From: an uncultured Coriobacteriaceae bacterium
GTDB taxonomy: Bacteria > Actinomycetota > Coriobacteriia > Coriobacteriales > UMGS124
Length of the DNA stretch: 64,000 bases
Assembly: GCA_900539345.1 (NCBI GenBank)
Contig: UQBS01000006.1
Location: 13,904 to 77,903 of the forward strand
Direction of reading: 5' to 3'
Shown: positions 1 through 8,824 of the stretch, piece by piece
Layout: every line of letters begins with the position of its first letter
Numbering within the stretch: position 1 is the stretch's first letter
The notes under the pieces: generated by a model
What the model saw: only the letters and a program-made list of their open reading frames with translations
Database searches by the model: none
Told to the model about the DNA's origin: nothing
Made by a program: the position numbers and the translations under genes

Positions 1-2
1 TC

Positions 3-146
3 AACATCTCGATGATCTCCACCTCGCCCATCTGCATCTCTACGGTCATCGACGCCGACCAGTGCGCCAAGGCCGTGCAGGTGCTCCACACCGCGTTCGG
101 CATGGACGAAGATGCCCCCGAAGGAACCGTGAAGGTGGTGCGTTAA
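3..146 (+). CDS. lysC: aspartate kinase, C-terminal fragment (ACT regulatory domain); 5' end lies outside the window
   Basis: Frame 3 reads NISMISTSPICISTVIDADQCAKAVQVLHTAFGMDEDAPEGTVKVVR then TAA at 144-146. This is the typical aspartokinase tail. It sits directly upstream of asd, as in actinobacterial ask-asd operons. Confidence 0.6.
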   Translation, partial: NISMISTSPICISTVIDADQCAKAVQVLHTAFGMDEDAPEGTVKVVR

Positions 147-147
147 C

Positions 148-1182
148 ATGGCATGGACCAAGCCTATGCCCGCAAACCCCGTCGTTGCCATCGCCGGTGC
201 CACGGGCGCCGTGGGCCGCGAGATGCTCACGTGCCTGGAGGCCCTCGACTTCCCCTGCAGCGAAGTGCGTGCCCTGGCGTCTGCGCGTTCGGCCGGTCAG
301 AAGCTGCCTTTCCGCGGCGGCGAGATCACGGTGCAGGAGATGACTCCCGGCAGCTTCGAGGGCGTTGACATCGCCCTGTTCAGCGCCGGCGCTTCCGTCT
401 CGCGCGAGATGCGCGAGGCCGTGGTGGCCGCCGGTGCCGTCATGATTGACAACTCGAGCGCCTTCCGCATGGAGCCCGACGTGCCGCTCGTGGTGCCCGA
501 AGTCAACGCGGCCGACATTGCCTGGCACTCCGGTGTGATTGCAAACCCCAACTGCACCACCATCCAGATGGTCGTGGCTCTCGAGCCTCTGCGCAAGCTC
601 GGCCACATCGACCGCATCGTTGTGTCGAGCTACCAGTCGAGCTCGGGCGCGGGCGCCAAGGGCATGAAGGAGCTGCAGGAGCAGACGGCCGCGGTTTTGG
701 CGGGGGAGCCTTTCGAGCCCAAGGCGTTCGCCCATCAGATTGCCTTCAACTGCATTCCGCACATCGACGTCTTCATGGACGACGGTTACACCAAAGAAGA
801 GTGGAAGATGGTCGTTGAGACCAAGAAGATCATGGGCGACGACACGGTGCGGGTTGCGCCCACGTGCGTGCGCGTGCCCGTGCTGCGCTGTCACTCCGAG
901 TCCATCAACCTCGAGTTTGACCGCGCGGTGAGCGTGGAGGAGGCCAAGGCCGCACTTGCCGCCGGCGAGCACGTGGTGCTCGAGGACGATCCGGCCAACA
1001 AGGTCTACCCCATGCCCGCCCTGCATGCCGGCAGCTTCGACACGTTTGTGGGCCGCGTGCGCCGCGACCCCACTGTAGAGGGCGACCGCGGCCTGGCCCT
1101 GTGGGTCGTGGCCGACCAGCTCCTGCGCGGCGCCGCCTTGAACGCCGTCATGATTGCCCAGAAGCTGCTGCCGCAGGCGTAA
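148..1182 (+). CDS. asd: aspartate-semialdehyde dehydrogenase
   Basis: 344-aa ORF. NAD fold VAIAGATGAVGRE, active-site block IANPNCTTIQMVVALEPL, and SSYQSSSGAGAKGM. ATG 2 nt after the aspartokinase stop. Confidence 0.93.
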   Translation: MAWTKPMPANPVVAIAGATGAVGREMLTCLEALDFPCSEVRALASARSAGQKLPFRGGEITVQEMTPGSFEGVDIALFSAGASVSREMREAVVAAGAVMIDNSSAFRMEPDVPLVVPEVNAADIAWHSGVIANPNCTTIQMVVALEPLRKLGHIDRIVVSSYQSSSGAGAKGMKELQEQTAAVLAGEPFEPKAFAHQIAFNCIPHIDVFMDDGYTKEEWKMVVETKKIMGDDTVRVAPTCVRVPVLRCHSESINLEFDRAVSVEEAKAALAAGEHVVLEDDPANKVYPMPALHAGSFDTFVGRVRRDPTVEGDRGLALWVVADQLLRGAALNAVMIAQKLLPQA

Positions 1183-1216
1183 CGCCGCAGTCCGCAAGCA
1201 TCACCTGCCCCACTCA

Positions 1217-1251
1217 AGCCCTCGTCGTATTCTGCGCGGCGGGGGCTTTTT
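1217..1251 (+). terminator. intrinsic terminator after asd
   Basis: AGCCCTCGTCG (1217-1227) pairs with CGGCGGGGGCT (1237-1247), including two G-U pairs, followed by a T5 run. Confidence 0.65.
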
Positions 1252-1346
1252 GGTGCATGTCCAGGTGGGGTGCGTTCAATTAGAATCGCATCAATTAAGC
1301 CGTACGCATATAATCCCGCACAGACACGAAGAGGAAGGGAAGCGGC

Positions 1347-2855
1347 ATGCAGCGTACACGTCAGGGGGCAACGGGTGCGGTCAAGGGAATCGACCCACGG
1401 GCGTTGATAGGGTCTGCCTGTTTGTGGGCTTGGGTGGACGCATTGTACAAAAGTGGGTTCTTCGCACCATTTCGTCCTACACCGTTGATGCCCGAGCTCG
1501 CTGTCTGGTTTACGTTCCTGCTGATAGTTCCTTTGAGCGCGCTTGTGTTGTGGCAAAAAGAACGCGTGCGCGCTCTGTGCGCCCGCAAAGGCTGCGCACT
1601 GGTGTGCGGCGCTGCGGGAAGCGCAGGCTCTGCGCTGTTTGCCGTGAGCGCCTCCACGGGCAGCTGGGTCGCGCTTGCGGTGGGTGCGGTGTTAGCGGGC
1701 GTTTTCATGGGGATGGCGATCCTCATGTGGGGCGCCGTGTACTGCAGGCAAGGCGAGCGTTCGGCGACGGTCTACGTTGCCGGTGGTTTTGCCTGCGCGC
1801 TTGTGGCTGACGTAACGTTCATGGTCATGGAGTCGGTCGCCTCGGCCCTGGCCCCCATGGCGCTGCCCATGATTTCGATGGTCCTTTTCAACCTGTTGCC
1901 GGAAGGGGAGCGTGCTTACGCTCGGACGACGGAGGGCGTCGACGTTCGTGAGCGGGGGACGGGAAGCCCCCTTGCCCGTCTTCGCCTGGGCCTGGGTGTG
2001 TCGGTGCCTACGGTGTGCTCGCTTGCGCTCATTATGTTCGGCCTGGGTTACATGCAGCACCGGATTTCGTTTGCCCCCATTCGCGCGGTTGGGCCCGACA
2101 TGGGCATGGCGCTGCAAATCACGCGCGGTGTCATCGCAGTCGTTCTGTTCGCCCTGGCCTTGGCTGCCCCCAGACGAACTCATATCGTCTACCGCGTGGG
2201 ACTTTTGGTCATCATCGCCGGTTTCTCCCTCATGCCGTTGCTTGCCCCGACTGATCACTTTTGGGTGTCTGGTGCCGTGGTGCTGAGTGGCTACACTACA
2301 TTTGACGTTCTTATATGGGTCATTGTCGCGCAAGCAGCGTATGCCGGCATGTCCGACGGACTAGGCGTCACCTGCGCGGTGCGCATGCTCGTGTCGAGCT
2401 TGTTCTGCGGGCTCGGGGGCATGGCCGGCATTTGGATTGACGGTCTTACTGCTGATGTCCCCTTCGCCTATGCCGACGCCATCTTCGTTGGTTACCTCAT
2501 GACCATTGCCGCCGTACTCGTTCTTTCCGGTCGCGATGTGTGGGATCTCTTTGACGCGCGCCCCATACCCGCCGAGAGTGTTTCAGCGCAGGCTGCTGGA
2601 GCTTGCAGCCCCGAGCAGGCCCTTGACGAGCTTGCCCAGAATTGGGGCCTGACGGTTCGCGAACGCGAGGTCTTCGGCTTTCTCGCCATGGGACGCACTC
2701 AACCCTGGGTGGCCGAGCGTCTCTCCATCTCGGAGTCCACGGTGAACTCCCATGTGCGCCATATTTACGGAAAAGCTGGTGTCAACAGTCGTCAGGAGCT
2801 TCTTGACCTGGTGTTTCGTGCGCAATCACCTGAAGTTATCGATAGGGCCGAGTAG
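1347..2855 (+). CDS. LuxR-family transcriptional regulator with large N-terminal polytopic membrane domain
   Basis: 502 aa. About 10 hydrophobic segments, then a C-terminal LuxR HTH: REREVFGFLAMGRTQPWVAERLSISESTVNSHVRHIYGKAGVNSRQELLDLV. SD GAGGAAGGGA lies upstream of the ATG. Confidence 0.85.
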   Translation: MQRTRQGATGAVKGIDPRALIGSACLWAWVDALYKSGFFAPFRPTPLMPELAVWFTFLLIVPLSALVLWQKERVRALCARKGCALVCGAAGSAGSALFAVSASTGSWVALAVGAVLAGVFMGMAILMWGAVYCRQGERSATVYVAGGFACALVADVTFMVMESVASALAPMALPMISMVLFNLLPEGERAYARTTEGVDVRERGTGSPLARLRLGLGVSVPTVCSLALIMFGLGYMQHRISFAPIRAVGPDMGMALQITRGVIAVVLFALALAAPRRTHIVYRVGLLVIIAGFSLMPLLAPTDHFWVSGAVVLSGYTTFDVLIWVIVAQAAYAGMSDGLGVTCAVRMLVSSLFCGLGGMAGIWIDGLTADVPFAYADAIFVGYLMTIAAVLVLSGRDVWDLFDARPIPAESVSAQAAGACSPEQALDELAQNWGLTVREREVFGFLAMGRTQPWVAERLSISESTVNSHVRHIYGKAGVNSRQELLDLVFRAQSPEVIDRAE

Positions 2856-3015
2856 CTCGACTGCATCGTAGGATTTGCATCGCATAGCGTCTTTCAAGCG
2901 TTTCGAGGTGCATGCCGTTTTCCCAAACTGATGATCAGCACATGCCGACGAGGGCATGGAGCACATCAGTCATGAGGGCCCGCTGCGCTGGGCCCCAGGC
3001 AGAAGGGGATACGGT

Positions 3016-4683
3016 ATGTCCACTATCACGAGAAGGTCCTTTGTAAGTGCGGCCGCCACGGGTGCTGCCCTGAGCGCTGTCGCGGCTGCCCCTGCGGTCG
3101 CGCTGGCCGACGAGGCCGCCATGCCTGCCGAGGGCGTCCTGCACACCTGGGAGGTCGCGCCCGACCCCATCACCGACATCGCCGAGACCTACGAGTATGA
3201 CGTCGTCGTTGTCGGCGGTGGCATGGCCGGCATGGGTGCCGCTGAGGCGGCCGCCCGCAACGGTGCAAGCGTCGTCGTCGTGGAGCGCAGCGAGTGCGGG
3301 CGCTTCTGCGGACTCGATATGTGCGCCATCGGCTCCAAGGTCCTCAAGGAGAACGGTCTCGAGATTGATCCTGAGAAGGCTGCCCGCCTTATGTATCAGG
3401 CCAGCCAACAGACGGCAAACTACAACCTCATCCGCACCTGGGCCACGCAGACCGCCGGTGTTCTCGACTACATCACCGAGCTGTGCGCTGCCAACGGCGT
3501 GACCGTTGAGCCTTCCACCGGTGGCACCTCCAAGGCGGGCTGGGACAAGATGCCCGAGCGCTACATCGTGTTCCAGGACGCCGTGCGTTACTCCAGTGAC
3601 GAGTGGGGTGTGTTTGACCGTCCGGACGGCAAGGAGCCGCATCAGAACCTGGGCGATGTCCTTATCAAGTCGGCCACCGACAACGGCTGCGAGTACTACT
3701 TCAACACCCATGCCGAGCAGCTCGTGGGCAGCGCGGCGGACGGCGTGACGGGCGTCATCGCCACTGACGCCGACGGCAAGCACATTCAGTTTAACGCCAA
3801 GAAGGGTGTCGTGCTGGCAACCGGCGACATCTCCGGCAACCAGGAGATGGTTGATTGCTGGGCACCCATTAAGAACTATGCCGACGAGGACGCCTACGTG
3901 CCCCAGGGTGCCAACTCCGGAGATGCCATCCTCATGACCAAGTGGATCGGCGGCGGTATCTCCAAGAGCCCGGCTGCCCCCATGATTCACCAGTTCACGA
4001 TTCAGACTCGCGGCTATCAGTGCACGCCCTTCTTCCTTTCTATGCTCGCGGTGAATTCCGACGGCAACCGTTTTATGAACGAGATGCCCTTCGAGCCCTA
4101 TATCACCGATGCCCGCATGAACTCCAAGGGCAATGTTGCCTGGTCCATCCTCGACTCCAATTACGCCGAGTACGTGACCAAGCAGTTCCCCGAGGGCTAC
4201 GAGTCCATGCTTGAGAACATCCCCGGCGAGCTTGAGCAACGCGTGGCTGACGGTGAGGTTTTCAAGGCCGACACCCTCGAGGAGCTTGCAGAGATGATCG
4301 GTGTTTCTGCCGGCAACCTCACTGCCGCCGTTGAGGGATACAACGGCATGGCCGACAAGGGGGAGGACACGCAGTTCGGCGTTGTTGCCGACTGGCTCTC
4401 GCCTGTTCGCGAGGCCCCGTTCTACGCCATCCCGATCTTTGCCTCCAACCTGGCTGTTGCCTATGGCGTCCACGTCAATGATGATTCCCAGGTCTGCACT
4501 GATGACGACCAGCCCATCGCCGGCCTCTTTGCCGCGGGTAACTGCCAGGGCGACTTCTTCGGCTTCAACTACCCCGTGCATTGCCCGGGCTGCTCCACGG
4601 GCCGCTCGCTCGTGTTTGGCCAGCTTATCGGTGAGGCCCTCGCCAAGGACGAGACCATCACCGAGCTCATTGCTTCGCGCTAA
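3016..4683 (+). CDS. Tat-exported FAD-dependent oxidoreductase (fumarate reductase/succinate dehydrogenase flavoprotein-like, FAD_binding_2 type)
   Basis: Twin-arginine leader MSTITRRSFVSAAATGAALSAVAAAPAVALA. Dinucleotide fold DVVVVGGGMAGMGAAEAAARNGASVVVVE. C-terminal GLFAAGNCQGDFFG. Start moved from 2956 to the ATG at 3016, which has an AGGGGA SD. Confidence 0.85.
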   Translation: MSTITRRSFVSAAATGAALSAVAAAPAVALADEAAMPAEGVLHTWEVAPDPITDIAETYEYDVVVVGGGMAGMGAAEAAARNGASVVVVERSECGRFCGLDMCAIGSKVLKENGLEIDPEKAARLMYQASQQTANYNLIRTWATQTAGVLDYITELCAANGVTVEPSTGGTSKAGWDKMPERYIVFQDAVRYSSDEWGVFDRPDGKEPHQNLGDVLIKSATDNGCEYYFNTHAEQLVGSAADGVTGVIATDADGKHIQFNAKKGVVLATGDISGNQEMVDCWAPIKNYADEDAYVPQGANSGDAILMTKWIGGGISKSPAAPMIHQFTIQTRGYQCTPFFLSMLAVNSDGNRFMNEMPFEPYITDARMNSKGNVAWSILDSNYAEYVTKQFPEGYESMLENIPGELEQRVADGEVFKADTLEELAEMIGVSAGNLTAAVEGYNGMADKGEDTQFGVVADWLSPVREAPFYAIPIFASNLAVAYGVHVNDDSQVCTDDDQPIAGLFAAGNCQGDFFGFNYPVHCPGCSTGRSLVFGQLIGEALAKDETITELIASR

Positions 4684-4786
4684 GTAAGCTTGTGCGCCGG
4701 GGCGGGTGTCATTTCCCCCTGATGCCCGCCCCGCCCGGCGCCTTGCCCCCCCTTTGAACATATATACGAGAAGAAGGAGAACCAAG

Positions 4787-6610
4787 ATGAACACGATCTC
4801 CCGCCGTTCCATGATCTGTGGTGCCGCCGGCATGGCCGCCCTGGCAGCCGCTGCACCCACCGCTGCGCTCGCCGACGTCGACCACAACCTCGAGGTCACC
4901 GACGGCAGCCCCATCGTGGGCGCCGTCGACCCCTCCGGCATCGAGTGGGATTACGAAGCCGACATCGTCATCGTCGGCGCGGGCGGCGCGGGTCTTCCTG
5001 CCGGCGTGCGAGCCCTTGACGAGGGCGTCTCGGTCCTTTTCGTTGACGCCAACTACGACTGCGGTGGCCGTTGCGCCCTGTCCGGCGGCAACCTGCACTC
5101 CGGCTGCGGCACGAAGATCCAGGAGAAGTACGGCATCGAGGACTCTGCTGACAAGTATTACGAGGACCACACGACTCCCGAGTGCATCAACTCCATCTAC
5201 GGCGACCGCAACGTGGTGCGCTCCGTGGCCGATTACATGGCCGAGGCCTACGAGTACATCCTGGACAAGGGCGTGCTCGTGAAGGACGTCGAGCCCATGC
5301 ACCTGCCCGACTACACCGAGGGCGGCGACCAGCCTGAGACCGTGGGCCGCTGGACCTACGCCGACCAGACCACCGAGGACTGGGTTTCGTATGCCGACTA
5401 CCTGTCTCCCTCTCAGGACGGCGCCTACCAGGATCGTTGCGGTATTGCCATCACGCGTCCGCTCGAGCGTGTCGCCCGCCAAGCCGGCGCTCAGTTCCTG
5501 CTGAACTACCACATGGACAAGATTGTGCGCGAAGGCGTGCTCGAGGGCCGCGTGCTGGGCATCCAGGCCCACTACTCGCCCACCATTCTCCCTGGTGAGG
5601 ACGGCCCGCTTGCTCCTCTCAGTCCCTTCTCCGACGGCAACATCGACGAGACCAAGGAGACGGTGAACGTCCGCGCCAACAAGGCTGTCATCATCGCCAC
5701 GGGCGGCTCCACGGGCAACGTCTACTTCCGCACCATGATTGACCCGCGTCGCGGTGTCGAGTACGACTGCACCTCGGGCGACCCGTTCTGCCCCAAGGAC
5801 GCCTCGGGAGAAATCGCGGCCATGGCCATCGGCGCCTGCTTGGGCGACATTGCCAATCAGGTCATTGGCGACTCCTTCCTCAGCAAGGCGGCCATGATCG
5901 GCACGCAGTACACCGACTCCTTCGCCACGGTGCAGCCCACCTCGCCTCTCTTCAAGCTTTCCCGTGCCACGGGCCTGCGCGTCTATGACTGGTCGAACCT
6001 GTTGCAGGTGAACATGCTCGGCGAGCGTTTTGCCAACGAGGCCGACTCCTCCACCGACTGGAACGGCGCTGCCCTCGCCAGCGTCTTGACCGTTGACCCC
6101 TCTGACGGCGAGCTGCACCGCTATGGCGGCCCCCTCTGGACCATCTTCGACTCCAAGGCTGTCGAGCGCGAGGGGTGGGTTATCGACGACACGACCGTTG
6201 ACCGCGAGGACGGCCGTTTCTTTGAGGCCGACACCCTTGAGGAGCTTGCCGAGAAGGTTGTGAACAAGTACTACGAGCAGATCAAGATGGACCCCGAGAC
6301 CCTCGTGGCCACCGTCAAGCGCTACAACGAGCTGGTGGACAAGGGTGCTGACGAAGACTTTGGCAAGGAGGGCATGACCGACAAGATCGAGGTCGGTCCC
6401 TTCTACGCCGCTTGGTCCACGCCTGGCTTCCACGATTGCACCACGGGTCTGCGTGTGAACCGCAAGATGCAGGTCATGGACCTGTTCGGCCAGGTCATCC
6501 CCGGTCTGTACTGCGGTGGCGAGTCTTCGGGCGGCATGCGCATCCACGGTCTGGGTCGCGTCATTACGACCGGCTATATCGCGGGCCTGTACGCCGCAAC
6601 TGAGGAGTAA
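4787..6610 (+). CDS. Tat-exported FAD-dependent oxidoreductase, paralogous type
   Basis: Leader MNTISRRSMICGAAGMAALAAAAPTAALA. DIVIVGAGGAGLPAGVRALDEGVSVLFVD and C-terminal GLYCGGESSGGMRIHGLGR. SD AAGAAGGAGA lies before the ATG at 4787. Confidence 0.85.
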   Translation: MNTISRRSMICGAAGMAALAAAAPTAALADVDHNLEVTDGSPIVGAVDPSGIEWDYEADIVIVGAGGAGLPAGVRALDEGVSVLFVDANYDCGGRCALSGGNLHSGCGTKIQEKYGIEDSADKYYEDHTTPECINSIYGDRNVVRSVADYMAEAYEYILDKGVLVKDVEPMHLPDYTEGGDQPETVGRWTYADQTTEDWVSYADYLSPSQDGAYQDRCGIAITRPLERVARQAGAQFLLNYHMDKIVREGVLEGRVLGIQAHYSPTILPGEDGPLAPLSPFSDGNIDETKETVNVRANKAVIIATGGSTGNVYFRTMIDPRRGVEYDCTSGDPFCPKDASGEIAAMAIGACLGDIANQVIGDSFLSKAAMIGTQYTDSFATVQPTSPLFKLSRATGLRVYDWSNLLQVNMLGERFANEADSSTDWNGAALASVLTVDPSDGELHRYGGPLWTIFDSKAVEREGWVIDDTTVDREDGRFFEADTLEELAEKVVNKYYEQIKMDPETLVATVKRYNELVDKGADEDFGKEGMTDKIEVGPFYAAWSTPGFHDCTTGLRVNRKMQVMDLFGQVIPGLYCGGESSGGMRIHGLGRVITTGYIAGLYAATEE

Positions 6611-6666
6611 GGTCGGTCTTCGGCAGACGCCGTGCTTCCGTGCTCTATAGAACCTGATTTCCATGA

Positions 6667-6699
6667 GCCCCCGTCGCATTCGTGCGGCGGGGGCTTTTT
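6667..6699 (+). terminator. intrinsic terminator after the second flavoprotein gene
   Basis: 12-bp stem GCCCCCGTCGCA / TGCGGCGGGGGC (one G-U pair), loop TTCG, then T5. Confidence 0.75.
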
Positions 6700-6899
6700 G
6701 GTGGCCGGTGGATGGTTACGTGGGACGGACTTCGGGCACGGTCGAGTTGCTCGCGTAAACCTTTTGTCCAGCTTCTGGGCGTTACGTTGCATATGCAATC
6801 GACCTCACTGTGTCCTGCCCACATAATCACGGATTGCCGTACCTGCTGGTACGGTGCGTGATTCACGCGAGACTGTGACAACACCGGGGGAGGGCGTAC

Positions 6900-7946
6900 A
6901 TGCCGTGCAAGAATGACTGCAGGCGAATCCGTTGGTCTGATGGCCGGGAGAACCTCGTCATCGCTGCCATGGCTGTGCTTGTGGTTGTGCTCGCCGCCGT
7001 TTCGCTGCTCTTGGGTCGCTTTCCCATCAGCCCGGCCGAGGCGCCCGCCATGCTGGTAAACCAAGTGGCGCCCGACCTCATCGAGCCGACCTGGACCAAT
7101 CAGCAGGCCTCCATCTTCTTTAATGTGCGTCTCCCGCGCATCGTGCTGGCCCTCTTAATCGGCTGCTGCCTGGCAAGTGCTGGTGCGGCGTTCCAGGGAA
7201 CGTTCCAGAACCCCCTCGTCTCCCCCGACCTGCTTGGTGCCTCGCAGGGTGCGGCCCTGGGCGCGGCGATTGCCATCCTCATGGGCCTGTCTTCGATTCA
7301 GATCTCGATGTGGGCGTTCGTGTTCTCGCTCATCACGGTCGGTCTCGTGGTGTTCATCTCCATGCACGCGCGGGGCAATCCCATCACCGTCGTCATTCTG
7401 GCCGGCGTTATGGTGAGCTCGCTGTTCTCGGCCGGTGTGTCTTACACCAAGCTCGTCGCCGACCCCAATGACACGCTTCCCGCCATCACCTACTGGCTCA
7501 TGGGCAGCCTCACCGGCGCCAAGTTTGCCGACATCAAGCTGGTCATCGTGCCTATGTTCATCGGCCTTGTGACATTGCTTGCCCTGCGCTGGCGCATCAA
7601 CATCCTCACCATGGGCGACGACGAGGCCGCCACGATGGGCGTGAACGCCCGTTTGGTGCGCTTGCTCGTCATGGTGGCCGCGACGCTCGTCACTGCCTCG
7701 AGCGTGGCGGTCTCGGGCATGATCGGCTGGGTCGGCCTTGTCATCCCGCACTTGTGCCGCATGCTCATCGGTTGTGATTACCGCAAGCTTCTCCCGGCTT
7801 CCATGGTCATGGGCGCAGGCTTTTTGCTGCTTGTCGACGACGTTGCCCGTGTTGCCACCACGACGGAGATTCCTATCGGCATTCTCACCGCATTTGTGGG
7901 CGCGCCCTTCTTCCTCTACCTCATCACGAAGGGCAGGAGGATCTAA
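6900..7946 (+). CDS. ABC importer permease, FecCD/BtuC family (iron-chelate, heme or corrinoid type)
   Basis: 348 aa, polytopic. Typical FecCD blocks: RLPRIVLALLIGCCLASAGAAFQGTFQNPLVSPDLLG and EIPIGILTAFVGAPFFLYLI. SD GGGGGAGGG lies upstream. Confidence 0.9.
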   Translation: MPCKNDCRRIRWSDGRENLVIAAMAVLVVVLAAVSLLLGRFPISPAEAPAMLVNQVAPDLIEPTWTNQQASIFFNVRLPRIVLALLIGCCLASAGAAFQGTFQNPLVSPDLLGASQGAALGAAIAILMGLSSIQISMWAFVFSLITVGLVVFISMHARGNPITVVILAGVMVSSLFSAGVSYTKLVADPNDTLPAITYWLMGSLTGAKFADIKLVIVPMFIGLVTLLALRWRINILTMGDDEAATMGVNARLVRLLVMVAATLVTASSVAVSGMIGWVGLVIPHLCRMLIGCDYRKLLPASMVMGAGFLLLVDDVARVATTTEIPIGILTAFVGAPFFLYLITKGRRI

Positions 7947-8740
7947 TGCCTATCGAGATCGAGCATTTGAGCTTTTTTTACGGCGCGCGTGAGATCCTGC
8001 ACGACATCAGCCTCACGATTCCCGACCGCACGCTTGTCAATGTGCTGGGCCCCAATGGCGTGGGCAAGTCGACGCTGTTCCGATGCATCCTGTGCCTCAA
8101 TGCCAACTACACCGGAACGATCACGGTTGACGGGCGCGACCTGCGCAAGATGCCCATCCGCGAGCGCGCCAAGCTCATCTCCTATATCCCGCAATCGCAT
8201 TCCAGCGTCTATAACTACGAGGTCATCGACGTCGTGCTCATGAGCACGGGAACCGACCTGGGCCTGTTCAACAACCCGCGCAAGGCCCACAAGGACCGCG
8301 CGATGGAGGCCCTCGACAAGATCGGTATCGCCCATTTGGCGCATCGCCCCTACACCGGGATCTCGGGTGGCGAGCAGCAGATGGTGCTTATCGCGCGCGC
8401 CTTGGCCCAGAACGCCAAGACCATCGTGATGGACGAACCCACAAGCGCCCTCGACTACGGCAACACCGTGCGTGTGCTGTCGTGCGTGCGTCAGCTTGCC
8501 CGCGACGGCCTTTCCATCATCCAGTCGACGCATCAGCCTGACCAGGCGTTTCTGTATGCCGATAAAACCCTCGTCATCTATGACGGGCGCGTGAAGGCTT
8601 TCGGCGACCCCAAGGACGTGGTCACGGCCGGGCTCATCTCCGATATCTACGGCGTCGACGTCGAGATTAACTCGCTCTACGACGACCGCGTGCGTGTGTG
8701 CGTGCCGACACATGAGATTGAAAACATGCCCGCGCGTTGA
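7946..8740 (+). CDS. ABC transporter ATP-binding protein (FecE/BtuD-like)
   Basis: Walker A GPNGVGKST, signature ISGGEQQM, Walker B IVMDEPTSALD. TAATG overlap with the permease stop. Confidence 0.92.
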   Translation: MPIEIEHLSFFYGAREILHDISLTIPDRTLVNVLGPNGVGKSTLFRCILCLNANYTGTITVDGRDLRKMPIRERAKLISYIPQSHSSVYNYEVIDVVLMSTGTDLGLFNNPRKAHKDRAMEALDKIGIAHLAHRPYTGISGGEQQMVLIARALAQNAKTIVMDEPTSALDYGNTVRVLSCVRQLARDGLSIIQSTHQPDQAFLYADKTLVIYDGRVKAFGDPKDVVTAGLISDIYGVDVEINSLYDDRVRVCVPTHEIENMPAR

Positions 8741-8824
8741 CACCTCGTTGCTCTGCCCGCCTGCGCCTTGGGGCGCCGGTGGTTTTCATAGGGGCCTTCG
8801 GGCCCGTTGGTTTGAGAGAAAGGA

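Noticed and set aside
2956-3015. N-terminal extensions offered by the ORF track. They occur at 2956, 4706, 14971, 15930, 19811, 27077, 29759, 31034, 33215, 35582, 41330, 51282, 52593, 53725, 54849, 56750, 57076, 60457 and 60492.
   Set aside because: In each case an internal ATG or GTG is preceded by a clear GGAGG-type SD. The internal start also begins a recognisable signal peptide or conserved N-terminus, and the extension overlaps the upstream gene or terminator.
6611-6899. Cobalamin riboswitch upstream of the FecCD/BtuC-type importer.
   Set aside because: I could not find a B12 box (AGYCMGGAGACCKGCC-like) or the GCCACTG core. Only generic hairpins are present, and these are reported separately.
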